64,000 bases of DNA. Source: Fibrobacterales bacterium. GTDB taxonomy: Bacteria > Fibrobacterota > Fibrobacteria > Fibrobacterales > JAOPTW01. Positions 35,811 through 45,200 of this stretch are shown in pieces. The stretch is taken from the NCBI GenBank assembly GCA_051532055.1, contig JAOPTX010000003.1, positions 153,064 to 217,063 on the forward strand, written 5' to 3'. Below the pieces are notes generated by a model. The model ran no database searches, was not told the DNA's origin, and saw only the letters and a program-made list of their open reading frames with translations. The stretch's first letter is position 1. Each line of letters begins with the position of its first letter. The position numbers were made by a program, and so were the translations under genes.

Positions 35811-37883
35811 ATGATCATGGCCTTAGTTTATTCTAAATTGTGGGGCATGATTAAAAATACTATTACACTTATATTTATACTTTCTATCACAACGCTTTTA
35901 ATGTATTGTGACTCAAACAGCTCTAGTGTTGATCCAAATGTCGGTATCTCTATAACAGGAAATAATACTGCCATACAAGCAAAAATTGCAACCAATGCTG
36001 ATTCTGACACTACCAAATTGTTAAATGGTGTCGCGTACCTTTACCGGAATGGTAGTGATTCACTCCTGAGGTCGTTGCCCGTAACTATAGGGGAAACCAT
36101 TCTTTTTGACACCCTCGCTGTTGGTATGTATGATGTCCTCATTAAGGATGATACGACTATAGTAGGCGAAAGTCTTTCAATACAGACAATAGATAGTAGT
36201 ACAACTGAAGTTACGGTGTATGTTATGATTATTACCAATATAGCGGGCGACAATGCGCAACAGGTACAAGGAGATGGTAATAGCATAGAGCAACATAATG
36301 GTGATGGGACCATTGGTGGTGATCAAATTATGGGTGATAAAATTATTGGTAACAAAATAGTTGGGGATGTAACAATTATTCAGACAGGTTCTGATACTAT
36401 CGTAATTAAACATCAGCCAGTAGTAACGCAACCAATCAGTAGTGATTCACCGACTGCAATGAGCAGTACACCATTGTCTGCCACCACTGTATCGAGTGCT
36501 CTTCAATTGAATAGTTCTGTAGCAGAAGTTTCAAGCAGCTCACAGCTCTTTAGTAGTTCACTGAGTACACCGAATACACCAGAAATAGTTTCCAGTTCAG
36601 AATCTCTTATTGTATCATCCAGCTCTTCAGTTCCCGCATCTTCTGAAATAATCATTAGCTCTGGAGAAGTATCAAGCTCAAGTATAGTGCTTGATTCGAT
36701 TAATACGATAGAGAGTTTTTCCCTCCACGATCCATTGTATGCTTTTTCATATAATGGCGTTATTGATACGACTTTAAATGAAGTGAGTATTACCATTCCT
36801 TCAATGACTGACCTCACAACGTTACTACCGAATATTGTCGCGAAAGGTACTGCGTTGTTATATGATTCTACAAATATTTTAGAAAACCTTTCTTTTGAAA
36901 TGAGTGCAGAAAATGGTGTAACACGTGAGTACCGTGTAACGATTGCTCGTGATTCAGTCTACTTTATTGAGCAGGCTTATAAGCAAGGACAGTACATCTC
37001 TGTTATGAATGACTCGGTCATTGCTCTCGAGAAGTATTATGCCAACAGTGTAGAAGAAGAGTACAGTTTTACCGTTATGCAAGGATTATTCGATAGCGAC
37101 TGTACTTCTTTTCGTGCACGCACTAATACACAGAAGTTTATAGCACGGAGGGATTTTCTGTTTCAAATTTATAATTATGATTACACTGAAGAATTTAAAA
37201 AGGATGCTACATTCTGTATTGAACAATCATTTGAAACACCAGGAGCTATATACTTATACGGAAAAAATACTGACAGTTTTATGCATGTGATTGATTCTAA
37301 TATTGTGACTTTGGCAAAATTCTATAATTATAGAGCAGATAAAGAGGCGTTTCAGTTTTATTTTAAACCACGCGTCACTGTTGAGGCTGAATCTGATCCT
37401 TACATTCCTCCAACATATACTGTTCAGAATTCACCAGTACATGAGTCAGCTGATCTACTCGGTAGCTTTTCCTTTGAAGTGTATGGTAAAGAAGGGTATT
37501 ATATTGCAAATGATTATGGTATATTAAAAATTATGCATGAATCCGAGCTTGAGTCGTATGATCAAGCAATATTCAATGTTGAAGAGGGGCTGTATGATGC
37601 ATCCTGCGTCTCTTTTAACTCACAATTTCAGCCAGGCTATTATTTTCGACATTACAAGGCGGTTGTTGTCGTACACCCTGAAGAGAGTTCATCTAGTTAC
37701 CAATCTGATGCTACGTGGTGTTATGAAACAGGAATCGAAGATTCAGATCTCATAAGTTTCAGAGCACATAATACATCTGGGTATCTCACCTTTATTGACA
37801 TGGTAGGATATTGGGCAAGTTCGACCCATTCAAGTTACTGGAGAGAATCAGCGACATTCATTCGTAAAAACCCATTACAATAG
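35811..37883 (+). CDS. lipoprotein with Ser-rich linker and two AbfB/CBM42-like beta-trefoil domains
   Basis: The likely start is ATG 35847 (MIKNTITLIFILSITTLLMYC lipobox). A Ser-rich stretch lies at about 36440-36700. C-terminal trefoil motifs are CVSFNSQFQPGYYFRHYKAVV...SDATWCYETG...ISFRAHNTSGYLTF...ESATF, with an earlier copy CTSFRARTNTQKFIARRDF...KDATFCIEQ. Confidence 0.75.
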   Translation: MIMALVYSKLWGMIKNTITLIFILSITTLLMYCDSNSSSVDPNVGISITGNNTAIQAKIATNADSDTTKLLNGVAYLYRNGSDSLLRSLPVTIGETILFDTLAVGMYDVLIKDDTTIVGESLSIQTIDSSTTEVTVYVMIITNIAGDNAQQVQGDGNSIEQHNGDGTIGGDQIMGDKIIGNKIVGDVTIIQTGSDTIVIKHQPVVTQPISSDSPTAMSSTPLSATTVSSALQLNSSVAEVSSSSQLFSSSLSTPNTPEIVSSSESLIVSSSSSVPASSEIIISSGEVSSSSIVLDSINTIESFSLHDPLYAFSYNGVIDTTLNEVSITIPSMTDLTTLLPNIVAKGTALLYDSTNILENLSFEMSAENGVTREYRVTIARDSVYFIEQAYKQGQYISVMNDSVIALEKYYANSVEEEYSFTVMQGLFDSDCTSFRARTNTQKFIARRDFLFQIYNYDYTEEFKKDATFCIEQSFETPGAIYLYGKNTDSFMHVIDSNIVTLAKFYNYRADKEAFQFYFKPRVTVEAESDPYIPPTYTVQNSPVHESADLLGSFSFEVYGKEGYYIANDYGILKIMHESELESYDQAIFNVEEGLYDASCVSFNSQFQPGYYFRHYKAVVVVHPEESSSSYQSDATWCYETGIEDSDLISFRAHNTSGYLTFIDMVGYWASSTHSSYWRESATFIRKNPLQ

Positions 37884-37961
37884 TAGGGTGACTTATTGAG
37901 GCATCTGTTCTATTGTACCATGTCCCAAATTAATATGAGTTAACCTTGGGAGCATTGAGGA

Positions 37962-38483
37962 TCACACACGTTTTTTACGCTTTCTCTTTTTCATAAAGAG
38001 TACAAACAAATATATACCGGTCAAGAGTTGGAATACAAAGAACATTTCAGCAACAACGAAGAGGGCATATTTGGTGGTATCTCCAAAATAGGAGCCATCA
38101 TGAATATTTTCTATGAAATCGGAGTTGCGCTCTTGAATATGTAGAATAGCACCTGTAGATGCATCAATTTGTACTTCAATATTTTCAGGCCCGAGAATTT
38201 TAATGATTCCCTTTTGGGGGCGTACATCAAGTCGATCAATATGGGTCCATTCTGTTATTGTTGTACGGGAATCTAACCTACAGGCTTCAATAATTTGTTC
38301 AGGGGTGAGGGTAAATAACTGAGTTGATCCTTGATGTGTGGGTGGCTGAATCCATTCTATCTGTTTTTTGAACATGAGAATCAGGCCCGTTGTTGAAACG
38401 ATAATCAGAGGGACCATAACAATGATCGATAACCAAATGTGTATCTTTCTGATGGTCTTGAACGTATTCTTATTTTCTGCCAT
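37962..38483 (-). CDS. PepSY-domain membrane protein
   Basis: The N-terminal 'PepSY-associated TM helix' is FKTIRKIHIWLSIIVMVPLIIVSTTGLILMF. A central PepSY-like segment and a C-terminal TM helix follow. The gene lies 27 nt downstream of the BNR protein on the same strand. Confidence 0.7.
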   Translation of the reverse strand: MAENKNTFKTIRKIHIWLSIIVMVPLIIVSTTGLILMFKKQIEWIQPPTHQGSTQLFTLTPEQIIEACRLDSRTTITEWTHIDRLDVRPQKGIIKILGPENIEVQIDASTGAILHIQERNSDFIENIHDGSYFGDTTKYALFVVAEMFFVFQLLTGIYLFVLFMKKRKRKKRV

Positions 38484-38510
38484 GGGTATCTCTATTCTCT
38501 CATTTTTTAT

Positions 38511-41500
38511 CTATGGGTAGCATTGTATAAAGAGGGTTGCTTGTGGTGTGTTTTCCGAAAGAGTTAGTAAACCATCATGAACGATTCCAGAATTAATACG
38601 CTCTCCATGAATGGTAAACGTCACATAGGTTTTGGCAGATTCTGGGACTCTAAAGGTTCGGTTTGTATTATCAACGGTATTAATGATCATTGAATACGAA
38701 TTCTGATGGGTTAAGGAGTTAAGGGGCGCAGGGTCATCGGAACTTTCTTCTCTATATAAATAGTCTTCACTGCTTGATGAGAGGTCATCTTCAGAATATG
38801 CTATAGAGCTTGAAGAGAGTGAAGAAGATATGTTGGAAGATTCTTCCTCTTCAGATGATGAAAGGGGAAGTGGGGGATTGAGATTTTCGTACACACGGAT
38901 TTCGTGGACCGTAAGTTCATTGCTGGTGCTGTGAAGGCGTATTTTATTGGTAAAGCCAGTATCGAGAGTAATTACATCTACGGGAGTCACGGGCTCTAAT
39001 AGGGGACTGAGTGTAATCCAATTATTTGAATCGTTAAACATTTCAATAGTATAGGTTTCGGGGGTAATTGCTCCCCACTCAATAGCCACCACTCCAATGT
39101 GATATGAGTCTGCGAGATCAATTGCTATCCAGTGGTCAGTATCTATTGCATCACTACGCCAATAGGTATCTGAATCGCCATCATTTACAAAGGTATTGCT
39201 GTCAGCGGCATAGGTGGATGAAGCGTCACTCTCTTTGTTAAGGGCAATATTTGTCTGAGGAGGGATAATTGTGTAAAGACCCGTTTCATCAGAAGTGAGG
39301 GTTGTACTGTGTTTGATATGGAGTGTGAATGAATCACCGTTGTCAAGTGAGTCGGGTATAGGCCACGAAAAGAATCCCGTCTGAGTTGCTACAATACCAA
39401 TGGTATCTGTTGGTGTGTCAGAACGCCTGAGGGTTACGATAACGTACTCTAATTGATTAGAGTGCCATTGCACCGTAATAGAGTCTTGGCTGGTAATGAG
39501 GGCTTTTTGATTGGAGTTGAGAAGATCAAGTGTGGGAATGACTTTACCGAGTGTGAGATCCCAAATACCTTGCCCCCATGTAGAGAAGCGTATGATCTCG
39601 GTATCTCCTTTTTTGACCGTGTTGGCTACGTGGCCTGAGAAAATAGGGACTGATCCTTGGAGAGCAAGGGGGTACCAGCGTTCTTCCGATACAATAAATA
39701 CATAGGGTCCTGCTGAAGTTGATGCAAAAATTAGTGATCCTGTCTCATTGGCAGTCATTCCGTTTACCGGAGATGCAGGGAAGAGGTTACTTCCACTCCC
39801 CGTAACATTAGTCCAAGTAGAGCCACCATCTTTTGAGAATATAGAGCGTACTCCGCTACCCGATTCGGTTGCGAAGAGAATCCTTTGATTGTCGATTGCC
39901 CAGCCCATACCAAAGTTACCTCGGGCAACGCCAAAGGTACCTGTAATCCCTGTTACATTGTTCGAAGCAACTTCACTCCATGAATTACCACGGTTTGTAG
40001 AAGTATAAACGAAACCGTTTTCCATAGCAAATACAATGTCAGGATTCTCATGGGATTGGGCGACTCCTTGTACGAAGTACTGACTATTATTGAGGTCATG
40101 TTCTGTACTAGAAATAGAGCCTCCATTGTATTCAAATTTTCTAAGTCTATGACTCATAGTCCATATACGATCACCATTAGACCAGTCTCCGACGCCAGGG
40201 GTAAAGTAGGCAGCGCCTTTAGAATACCCAGGGTTGTAAATGCTTGACCCAGCTCCACTGAGTCCTTTGTAGGTGCCATCAGAATCATAGAGCTCAATAC
40301 GTTGAAAATTGTCGCTGGCTTGATAATTATATTTCCATGCAATAATTCCATCACCTGATATGCAGTTTGGTCCATCACCACCACCCACTTGATCCCATGA
40401 AAGAAGGTCTGTTCCATAGGTCGAGGCACGGGTATTTTGCCAGCCTTGGTCTTGGGTACACGCAGTCATATCATCTGAGTTGTGTTTGCCCGAAATTAAA
40501 CCGCCGCGGTATGCTTCTTGGGTAGGGGCATTAAAGAGGGTTATATTGTAAAAAATATCTTCTATTGACGCTAGGGATGGGTATGAGGTTTTGGTCCACT
40601 CATTGTATGATTTAAATACCCCTCCATCAGTAGAACGCAATGAGAGAAGAGTACCCGATGCATCATAAAAAAATTGAGATGCTTGGTGGTCGGGGTGAAA
40701 GTGAATGCGAACACGATGATCATTTCCTACGGAATTTTGATAGTGCCCCCACCAGTTTTTTGCATCAGAGTTAGTTGTTGCACCAGCATTGCGTGAAGTG
40801 AGTGGAAATGCATAGCCCCCTATTATTATGTCGGGGTTTTCTGGGTTAATACCGGGATACTGGCCTTGAGCCATGTCAGCTTTCATGCTACTGTACCACC
40901 AATTTTCAGTTGCTTGGTACTGCCAGGTAGCTCCGCCATCGACACTATGATACCACTGTCTACTATCTTGAGTCATCCACAGTCGGCGTGAGTCACCGCC
41001 AAGACCAATTTCTGCGCCACTGGCTATGGTCCCTGATTGTACAAAAGATGTTTTCGCACTATTGAGTGTGTAAAAAGTATTTCCATGAGCAAAATAGACC
41101 GCCGCAGCATTGGGTTGTGTTTGCCAGCGCGGCGTGTAGAGTCTCGCATAGGTGTTGGTGGTAAATGATTGAAAGAGGCTAAATGATGACCCGAGGTCAT
41201 AGGATACATAGACAGATTCGCCATCAGTAGTATAGATGGTATGATTGTCTTGTCTATTTATAATTGTGCTGATGATCCCGTTTGAAACCCCTGCAGAGAA
41301 GGACCAGGTTGCACCTGCATTGTCGGAATACATGATAGAACCTTGCTCTTCACCTGCAATAATTCTCCTTTGTGAACCATTGGGCACAACCATGAGGTCT
41401 TCGAATCGTGAGGGGTGTTTCGGGTTGATTATTTTCCAATCGTCATCAGAAAGAGTCCCTTTCCAGATAAACTGTACACCACCATAATGACCCATACTTA

Positions 41501-41945
41501 CCGCATAGACGGTATCAGTTCCTTCGTCCATTTCACAAAATTGAAAGGCTCCCGGCATATTCGCAGGGCCTCTACTGGTCCATTTACCAGAAAATGTGTT
41601 GTTAGCCAGATTGTAGAATCCATTTTTTTCTACTGAGGGAAGGATCTCTGAAGTGGGGACTGGAGCAGGAGCACCGAGTGTAAGGGTTGCTTTGGGTGAC
41701 CTGATATCGGCATAGCGTTTTTTATTAAAGGCAGCTTCTTCTTTTGTCCAGAGACGACGTTTATGATCACCATAGCGTTCACTCTCTTCGTCTGTTTTAA
41801 TGATAACAGGTTTAGGCCAGTTCGATTCTGTGGCTTTGGATACGCCATCGACCGCTGGATTTGCAGTATAAATAAAGTAATAGCCAATTGAAAGTGCAAC
41901 AGCACAAGAATAGATCACCCAAAAAGAGATGGATTTTTTCTTCAT
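38511..41945 (-). CDS. BNR/Asp-box beta-propeller protein with F5/8 type C (discoidin) domain, Ser-rich linker and C-terminal sorting-like domain
   Basis: Asp-boxes are SVDGGATW, SKDGGSTW, SDNAGATW, STNRGNSW and STDGG. The discoidin-like block is NIALNKESDASSTYAADSNTFVNDGDSDTYWRSDAIDTDHWIAIDLADSYHIGVVAIEW...YTIEMFNDSNNW. The linker contains SSSEEEESSNISSSLSSSS. The N-terminus has a TM/signal anchor. Confidence 0.85.
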   Translation of the reverse strand: MKKKSISFWVIYSCAVALSIGYYFIYTANPAVDGVSKATESNWPKPVIIKTDEESERYGDHKRRLWTKEEAAFNKKRYADIRSPKATLTLGAPAPVPTSEILPSVEKNGFYNLANNTFSGKWTSRGPANMPGAFQFCEMDEGTDTVYAVSMGHYGGVQFIWKGTLSDDDWKIINPKHPSRFEDLMVVPNGSQRRIIAGEEQGSIMYSDNAGATWSFSAGVSNGIISTIINRQDNHTIYTTDGESVYVSYDLGSSFSLFQSFTTNTYARLYTPRWQTQPNAAAVYFAHGNTFYTLNSAKTSFVQSGTIASGAEIGLGGDSRRLWMTQDSRQWYHSVDGGATWQYQATENWWYSSMKADMAQGQYPGINPENPDIIIGGYAFPLTSRNAGATTNSDAKNWWGHYQNSVGNDHRVRIHFHPDHQASQFFYDASGTLLSLRSTDGGVFKSYNEWTKTSYPSLASIEDIFYNITLFNAPTQEAYRGGLISGKHNSDDMTACTQDQGWQNTRASTYGTDLLSWDQVGGGDGPNCISGDGIIAWKYNYQASDNFQRIELYDSDGTYKGLSGAGSSIYNPGYSKGAAYFTPGVGDWSNGDRIWTMSHRLRKFEYNGGSISSTEHDLNNSQYFVQGVAQSHENPDIVFAMENGFVYTSTNRGNSWSEVASNNVTGITGTFGVARGNFGMGWAIDNQRILFATESGSGVRSIFSKDGGSTWTNVTGSGSNLFPASPVNGMTANETGSLIFASTSAGPYVFIVSEERWYPLALQGSVPIFSGHVANTVKKGDTEIIRFSTWGQGIWDLTLGKVIPTLDLLNSNQKALITSQDSITVQWHSNQLEYVIVTLRRSDTPTDTIGIVATQTGFFSWPIPDSLDNGDSFTLHIKHSTTLTSDETGLYTIIPPQTNIALNKESDASSTYAADSNTFVNDGDSDTYWRSDAIDTDHWIAIDLADSYHIGVVAIEWGAITPETYTIEMFNDSNNWITLSPLLEPVTPVDVITLDTGFTNKIRLHSTSNELTVHEIRVYENLNPPLPLSSSEEEESSNISSSLSSSSIAYSEDDLSSSSEDYLYREESSDDPAPLNSLTHQNSYSMIINTVDNTNRTFRVPESAKTYVTFTIHGERINSGIVHDGLLTLSENTPQATLFIQCYP

Positions 41946-42241
41946 TAGTTCCCCAACTATGTATGTCTGTCATTAGGTGATTGTGTGAAAATCACATAAT
42001 GTATGTCCCCGCTGGTAAATGTAGGTTATTTTGACTCGTAGAGTTCAGGGAGTTGGTTGATTTTTGGGGATAATTTGTGTTTATTGAGAGTATATTGATA
42101 TCAATCATTAATGTAGTAAGTACAGTACAATCATTATTAAGCTGGTATAGGTTAATGCTTACCCTTGGTAAACATTAACAAATGTCCCTTAAAATCTATA
42201 TTTGGGCTCATACATTATTTACCTATAGAAGTCACTATTAG

Positions 42242-45200
42242 ATGGCTGTATCAAATACATCTATTATTGAAAGAGAGTTTGATTTGAAATATTTTCATGT
42301 GTTTATTTTGGTTTTTACATTAGTTTCTACTGTTTTTAGTCAAACAGCAATTGCACCATCTTTTGGGGATGGAAGCGAAAAAAGCCCCTATCAGATAGCG
42401 TCTCTTGAAAATCTCTACTGGCTCTCTCAAAATCACACTAAAAAAGACGTTGGTTTTTATGTGCAAACAGCTGACATAGATGCAGCTGCGTCACAACATT
42501 GGGACGGGGGTAAAGGGTTTTATCCCATTGGAAAAGATGATACTAACCCATTTAGTGGTGTATATGATGGTAGTGGCTTTAGTATTGATAACCTCACTAT
42601 TAGCACAGCAAACGCTGTATTTGTTGGGCTCTTTGGCGTCGTACAATATTCACATATTATAAATCTGAGCGTTACCAATGTATTGCTCACAGGTAATCAC
42701 TCGGTAGGTGCTGTTGCGGGAATGTCTATTGGAGGCAGTATTTCTAACTGTTCATCATCAGGGACGGTAAACGGTTCTTATGCTGGGGGGCTTGTAGGGG
42801 TCATTCAAAATACAAGTATTTCTAATAGCTCTGCTATTGTTGAGGTCAGTGGTGTTACTAATGTTGGTGGACTTATTGGGTATATAGAATATGAGGGGAG
42901 TATAATAAACAGCTATAGCAGAGGGGAGGTTACAGGGACTGCGGTCGGTACAGGTGGACTTGTGGGTTTTAATGAAGGTGGAACGATTAAAATGTCTTAT
43001 AGTACTGGTAAAGTAATTGGTGTTGTTCAGGCAGGTGGATTGGTTGGGTTAACGAGAAATGGCAATATTACCAATTCTTTTTGGGCATATGATAGTTCAG
43101 GTCAAACAATGAGTAGCGGTGGAACCGGTGTAATTGCTGATGATCTAAAAAATATACATACCTTTACGGATACCTCAACAGTTGGACTGGATAGTGCTTG
43201 GGATTATATTGGCCACACCAATCAAGATACTGTAAATGGTGATATCTGGATAGTAGGTACCGATGAATACCCCGAGCATACAGTGCGTTTGACATATGAA
43301 ACCAATGATCAGTATAGTATACAGGGAGATACGGTACAGATGCTTAAAAAGGGCGGCAACGCTCGTGAAGTTTTAGTGGTTCCTAATTTTGGATTTCGTT
43401 TTGTTCAGTGGTCTGATGGAAATACAGAAAACCCAAGAGAATATGGCACTGTAAACAGAGCTACAAGAGTATCTGCTATGGTTGTTCTAAAAGATATCTC
43501 ACTCTATAAACCCGATGGAGTAGGGTCGCTAGAGAACCCCTATCAGATTGCATCTCTTGTAAATCTTTTTTGGCTCTCCCAGTCTGATACTGCCTGGGAT
43601 AAGAACTTTGTACAAACAGAGGATATCAATGCGTCAGATACAAAAATTTGGGGCAGTGGGTTTAAGCCAATTGGTAATGACACCATCTCTTTTACTGGAG
43701 CGTACTCAGGGAGTGATCACACTATCGAAGAACTTACAATACAGAGATTTAAGGACTCTTTCGTTGGTATGTTTGGAAAAGTAACCGATGCCGTGATACG
43801 TGATGTGCATTTATTAAATGCATTAATAGAAGGGGGAGAATACAAAACGGGTGGTATTGCAGCAGAAATTAATAATAGTGTTATTTCAAATAGTCACGTA
43901 TCGGGTGTAGTTACTGGAGTAGGAATTGTAGGTGGACTTGTTGGTTATGCTCATTATGGAACTATAATTAATTGTTCTAATAGTGGGGCTATTACTACTA
44001 GTGGGAATCGTTTCAATATTTCCGTTGGTGGTGTCGTAGGCAAAAACGAAAGTGGAACAATTTCAAATTGCTTCAATTCAGGGAATGTGGTGATTTTAGA
44101 TAGTACAACTCAAGGATCATCGAGTTCTGCTGGAGGAGTTGTAGGAAATAATTTATTTGGCTCCATAACGTCAAGTTATAATTCGGGATCTGTAAGTGGA
44201 CATACAAACACTGGAGGAATTGTAGGGACAAACTTTTTTGAGAGTATAATTCAAGAAAGCTATAATACAGGAACCGTTACCGGAAAAGAAAAGGTAGGAG
44301 GGGGTGTGGGACTCAATAATGGCGAAGTGTTTAATAGCTATTCTACAGGAGCAGTGATGGGTACCAATGGAGTCGGTGGCTTTATTGGTAAGTTAGACCA
44401 AGGTGTATTAGTCAATAGTTATAGTGTCGGTTTAGTACAGAGTACGGGTACTGTTGGTGGCTTGGTAGCAGATACGAGTAAGGCAGTAATCATACAGTCA
44501 TTTTGGAATACAGAAACATCGGGTCATAGTGTAAGTAGTGGTGGAACGGGTAAGTCGATTATTCAACTGCAAGCTCTAGAAACGTTTACTGATATATCTA
44601 GCGAGGGGCTTGATAGTGCCTGGGATTTTACTGGTACCGTTGCAGATGACCTTCAATCTGATGATATTTGGAGTATGAATTCAGGGACGTATCCTGAACT
44701 TTCACCTACTTTAACGTACAGTTCCGGCCTGAACTATACCGTTATTGGTGATACCATACAAGTATTCGGATCCGGGAAGACTGTTACGCCTGTAGAAGTG
44801 AAACCACAGTTGGGCTACGCATTTGTTCAGTGGTCGGATGGTAAAAAAGATAACCCTCGCATGGATACTACTGTACAGTCTGAAAGAGCAGTAAGTGCAC
44901 TTGTTATAAAAAGAGATATATCACTGTACAAACCTACCGGAACAGGAACGGCAAATGATCCTTATCTGATAGCAAATTTGGGCAACCTCTATTGGCTTTC
45001 TGAGGTTGATACTGCTTGGCATAACTATTTTCTTCAAACTGCTGATATTAATGCGGCCAAAACCCGCTATTGGTATGGCGGTGCAGGTATTAATTCTATT
45101 GGTAATAGCACTATAAAAACCTTTACAGGAGTGTATGATGGAGGGGGCCATGTTATAGATAGTGTATATTCTTTCTTTAGTTATGGTATAAGGCTTTATG

